Positions 59,001 to 64,000 of a DNA stretch of 64,000 bases are shown in pieces (within the stretch, counting starts at the first letter, position 1; every line of letters begins with the position of its first letter). The stretch spans positions 11,532,001-11,596,000 of the forward strand of contig OZ024761.1 in NCBI GenBank assembly GCA_964016885.1, written 5' to 3'. Below the pieces are notes generated by a model that saw only the letters and a program-made list of their open reading frames with translations, was not told the DNA's origin and made no database searches. The position numbers were made by a program, and so were the translations under genes. The DNA comes from Eledone cirrhosa (lineage: Eukaryota).

Positions 59001-62000
59001 TATAGATTGTAGAGATAGTCTAGGGTACTAAATACCGTGGTATAGATTGTAGAGCTAGTCTAGGGTACTAAATACCCTGGTATAGATTGTAGAGCTAGTC
59101 TAGGGTGCTAAATACTGTGGTATAGATTGTAGAGCTAGTCTAGGGTACTAAATACCGTGGTATAGATTGTAGAGCTAGTCTAGGGTACTAAATACCCTGG
59201 TATAGATTGTAGAGCTAGTCTAGGGTGCTAAATACTGTGGTATAGATTGTAGAGCTAGTCTAGGGTACTAAATACCGTGGTATAGATTGTAGAGCTAGTC
59301 TAGGGTGCTAAATACTGTGGTATAGATTGTAGAGCTAGTCTAGGGTGCTAAATACTGTGGTATAGATTGTAGAGCTAGTCTAGGGTACTAAATACCGTGG
59401 TATAGATTGTAGAGCTAGTCTAGGGTGCTAAATACCATGGTATAGATTGTAGAGCTAGTCTAGGGTGCTAAATACCGTGGTATAGATTGTAGAGCTAGTC
59501 TAGGGTACTAAATACCCTGGTATAGATTGTAGAGCTAGTCTAGGGTACTAAATACCCTGGTATAGATTGTAGAGCTAGTCTAGGGTACTAAATACCCTGG
59601 TATAGATTGTAGAGCTAGTCTAGGGTGCTAAATACCGTGGTATAGATTGTAGAGCTAGTCTAGGGTACTAAATACCCTGGTATAGATTGTAGAGCTAGTC
59701 TAGGGTGCTAAATACCGTGGTATAGATTGTAGAGCTAGTCTAGGTGCTAAATACCCTCGTATAGATTGTAGAGCTAGTCTAGGGTGCTAAATACTGTGGT
59801 ATAGATTGTAGAGCTAGTCTAGGGTGCTAAATACTGTGGTATAGATTGTAGAGCTAGTCTAGGGTGCTAAATACTGTGGTATAGATTGTAGAGCTAGTCT
59901 AGGGTACTAAATACCGTGGTATAGATTGTAGAGCTAGTCTAGGGTGCTAAATACTGTGGTATAGATTGTAGAGCTAGTCTAGGGTGCTAAATACCCTGGT
60001 ATAGATTGTAGAGCTAGTCTAGGGTACTAAATACCCTGGTATAGATTGTAGAGCTACTCTAGGGTGCTAAATACTGTGGTATAGATTGTAGAGCTAGTCT
60101 AGGGTGCTAAATACTGTGGTATAGATTGTAGAGCTAGTCTAGGGTGCTAAATACTGTGGTATAGATTGTAGAGCTAGTCTAGGGTACTAAATACCGTGGT
60201 ATAGATTGTAGAGCTAGTCTAGGGTACTAAATACCCTGGTATAGATTGTAGAGCTAGTCTAGGGTGCTAAATACTGTGGTATAGATTGTAGAGCTAGTCT
60301 AGGGGTACTAAATACCGTGGTATAGATTGTAGAGCTAGTCTAGGGTACTAAATACCCTGGTATAGATTGTAGAGCTAGTCTAGGGTGCTAAATACTGTGG
60401 TATAGATTGTAGAGCTAGTCTAGGGTGCTAAATACTGTGGTATAGATTGTAGAGCTAGTCTAGGGTGCAAAATACTGTGGTATAGATTGTAGAGATAGTC
60501 TAGGGTACTAAATACCGTGGTATAGATTGTAGAGCTAGTCTAGGGTACTAAATACCCTGGTATAGATTGTAGAGCTAGTCTAGGGTGCTAAATACTGTGG
60601 TATAGATTGTAGAGCTAGTCTAGGGTACTAAATACCGTGGTATAGATTGTAGAGCTAGTCTAGGGTATTAAATACCCTGGTATAGATTGTAGAGCTAGTC
60701 TAGGGTGCTAAATACTGTGGTATAGATTGTAGAGCTAGTCTAGGGTACTAAATACCGTGGTATAGATTGTAGAGCTAGTCTAGGGTGCTAAATACTGTGG
60801 TATAGATTGTAGAGCTAGTCTAGGGTGCTAAATACTGTGGTATAGATTGTAGAGCTAGTCTAGGGTGCTAAATACTGTGGTATAGATTGTAGAGCTAGTC
60901 TAGGGTACTAAATACCCTGGTATAGATTGTAGAGCTAGTCTAGGTTGCTAAATACTGTGGTATAGATTGTAGAGCTAGTCTAGGGTGCTAAATACTGTGG
61001 TATAGATTGTAGAGCTAGTCTAGGGTACTAAATACCCTGGTATAGATTGTAGAGCTAGTCTAGGGTGCTAAATACTGTGGTATTGATTGTAGAGCTAGTC
61101 TAGGGTGCTAAATACCCTGGTATAGATTGTAGAGCTAGTCTAGGGTGCTAAATACTGTGGTATAGATTGTAGAGCTAGTCTAGGGTACTAAATACCGTGG
61201 TAAAGATTGTAGAGCTAGTCTAGGGTACTAAATACCCTGGTATAGATTGTAGAGCTAGTCTAGGGTGCTAAATACTGTGGTATAGATTGTAGAGCTAGTC
61301 TAGGGTACTAAATACCGTGGTATAGATTGTAGAGCTAGTCTAGGGTGCTAAATACTGTGGTATAGATTGTAGAGCTAGTCTAGGGTACTAAATACCGTGG
61401 TATAGATTGTAGAGCTAGTCTAGGGTGCTAAATACTGTGGTATAGATTGTAGAGCTAGTCTAGGGTGCTAAATACTGTGGTATAGATTGTAGAGCTAGTC
61501 TAGGGTGCTAAATACTGTGGTATAGATTGTAGAGCTAGTCTAGGGTACTAAATACCCTGGTATAGATTGTAGAGCTAGTCTAGGTTGCTAAATACTGTGG
61601 TATAGATTGTAGAGCTAGTCTAGGGTGCTAAATACTGTGGTATAGATTGTAGAGCTAGTCTAGGGTACTAAATACCCTGGTATAGATTGTAGAGCTAGTC
61701 TAGGGTGCTAAATACTGTGGTATAGATTGTAGAGCTAGTCTAGGGTGCTAAATACTGTGGTATAGATTGTAGAGCTAGTCTAGGGTGCTAAATACCGTGG
61801 TATAGATTGTAGAGCTAGTCTAGGGTACTAAATACCCTGGTATAGATTGTAGAGCTAGTCTAGGGTACTAAATACCCTGGTATAGATTGCAGAGCTAGTC
61901 TAGGGTGCTAAATACTGTGGTATAGATTGTAGAGCTAGTCTAGGGTACTAAATACCCTGGTATAGATTGTAGAGCTAGTCTAGGGTGCTAAATACTGTGG

Positions 62001-64000
62001 TATAGATTGTAGAGCTAGTCTAGGGTACTAAATACCGTGGTATAGATTGTAGAGCTAGTCTAGGGTGCTAAATACCGTGGTATAGATTGTAGAGCTAGTC
62101 TAGGGTGCTAAATACCGTGGTATAGATTGTAGAGCTAGTCTAGGGTACTAAATACCCTGGTATAGATTGTAGAGCTAGTCTAGGGTACTAAATACCCTGG
62201 TATAGATTGTAGAGCTAGTCTAGGGTACTAAATACCCTGGTAGAGATTGTAGAGCTAGTCTAGGGTGCTAAATACCGTGGTATAGATTGTAGAGCTAGTC
62301 TAGGGTACTAAATACCCTGGTATAGATTGTAGAGCTAGTCTAGGGTGCTAAATACCGTGGTATAGATTGTAGAGCTAGTCTAGGTGCTAAATACCCTCGT
62401 ATAGATTGTAGAGCTAGTCTAGGGTGCTAAATACTGTGGTATAGATTGTAGAGCTAGTCTAGGGTGCTAAATACTGTGGTATAGATTGTAGAGCTAGTCT
62501 AGGGTGCTAAATACTGTGGTATAGATTGTAGAGCTAGTCTAGGGTACTAAATACCGTGGTATAGATTGTAGAGCTAGTCTAGGGTGCTAAATACTGTGGT
62601 ATAGATTGTAGAGCTAGTCTAGGGTGCTAAATACCCTGGTATAGATTGTAGAGCTAGTCTAGGGTACTAAATACCCTGGTATAGATTGTAGAGCTACTCT
62701 AGGGTGCTAAATACTGTGGTATAGATTGTAGAGCTAGTCTAGGGTGCTAAATACTGTGGTATAGATTGTAGAGCTAGTCTAGGGTGCTAAATACTGTGGT
62801 ATAGATTGTAGAGCTAGTCTAGGGTACTAAATACCGTGGTATAGATTGTAGAGCTAGTCTAGGGTACTAAATACCCTGGTATAGATTGTAGAGCTAGTCT
62901 AGGGTGCTAAATACTGTGGTATAGATTGTAGAGCTAGTCTAGGGTACTAAATACCGTGGTATAGATTGTAGAGCTAGTCTAGGGTACTAAATACCCTGGT
63001 ATAGATTGTAGAGCTAGTCTAGGGTGCTAAATACTGTGGTATAGATTGTAGAGCTAGTCTAGGGTGCTAAATACTGTGGTATAGATTGTAGAGCTAGTCT
63101 AGGGTGCTAAATACTGTGGTATAGATTGTAGAGATAGTCTAGGGTACTAAATACCGTGGTATAGATTGTAGAGCTAGTCTAGGGTACTAAATACCCTGGT
63201 ATAGATTGTAGAGCTAGTCTAGGGTGCTAAATACTGTGGTATAGATTGTAGAGCTAGTCTAGGGTACTAAATACCGTGGTATAGATTGTAGAGCTAGTCT
63301 AGGGTACTAAATACCCTGGTATAGATTGTAGAGCTAGTCTAGGGTGCTAAATACTGTGGTATAGATTGTAGAGCTAGTCTAGGGTACTAAATACCGTGGT
63401 ATAGATTGTAGAGCTAGTCTAGTGTGCTAAATACTGTGGTATAGATTGTAGAGCTAGTCTAGGGTGCTAAATACCCTGGTATAGATTGTAGAGCTAGTCT
63501 AGGGTGCTAAATACTGTGGTATAGATTGTAGAGCTAGTCTAGGGTGCTAAATACCCTGGTATAGATTGTAGAGCTAGTCTAGGGTGCTAAATACTGTGGT
63601 ATAGATTGTAGAGCTCGTCTAGGGTACTAAATACCGTGGTATAGATTGTAGAGCTAGTCTAGGGTACTAAATACCCTGGTATAGATTGTAGAGCTAGTCT
63701 AGGGTGCTAAATACTGTGGTATAGATTGTAGAGCTAGTCTAGGGTACTAAATACCGTGGTATAGATTGTAGAGCTAGTCTAGGGTGCTAAATACTGTGGT
63801 ATAGATTGTAGAGCTAGTCTAGGGTACTAAATACCCTGGTATAGATTGTAGAGCTAGTCTAGGGTGCTAAATACTGTGGTATAGATTGTAGAGCTAGTCT
63901 AGGGTGCTAAATACTGTGGTATAGATTGTAGAGCTAGTCTAGGGTACTAAATACCCTGGTATAGATTGTAGAGCTAGTCTAGGGTACTAAATACCCTGGT
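32024..64000. repeat. 40-bp satellite DNA array, ~800 copies, consensus TAGGGT(G/A)CTAAATAC(TG/CG/CC)TGGTATAGATTGTAGAGCTAGTC
   Basis: Uninterrupted tandem array to the window end, highly homogeneous, with no inserted elements seen. Confidence 0.98.

Noticed and set aside
32024-64000. CRISPR-like array or coding repeat
   Set aside because: There are no unique spacers, only head-to-tail 40-bp monomers; no ORFs are reported in the track and the context is eukaryotic.
32024-64000. Satellite as the binding target of the adjacent zinc-finger array
   Set aside because: Only proximity across a gap supports it; I cannot derive a reliable motif by eye.

Overview
This is AT-rich eukaryotic genomic DNA. 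The SINE/RTE repeat families look octopus/coleoid-like, but that taxon call is an inference. The first half (1-31823) holds one intact eight-exon protein-coding gene on the + strand (7653-22104, 1496 aa when spliced at GT-AG sites). It has the complete PRDM9 architecture: ancestral KRAB, SSXRD, zinc knuckle, PR/SET with the catalytic tyrosines, and a single-exon array of 39 tandem 84-bp C2H2 fingers varying mainly at helix positions -1, +2, +3 and +6. Introns and flanks contain RTE-type LINE fragments (several with a PHD-type finger inside the RT region), two tRNA-derived SINE families, two hAT-type MITEs with 8-bp TSDs and a Rab1 fragment fused to a LINE. At least six loci carry minimal type I hammerhead-ribozyme motifs of the Penelope/retrozyme kind, mostly in fold-back or tandem repeats. 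After a 200-N gap (31824-32023) the rest of the window is about 800 copies of a 40-bp satellite with multi-kb higher-order structure.
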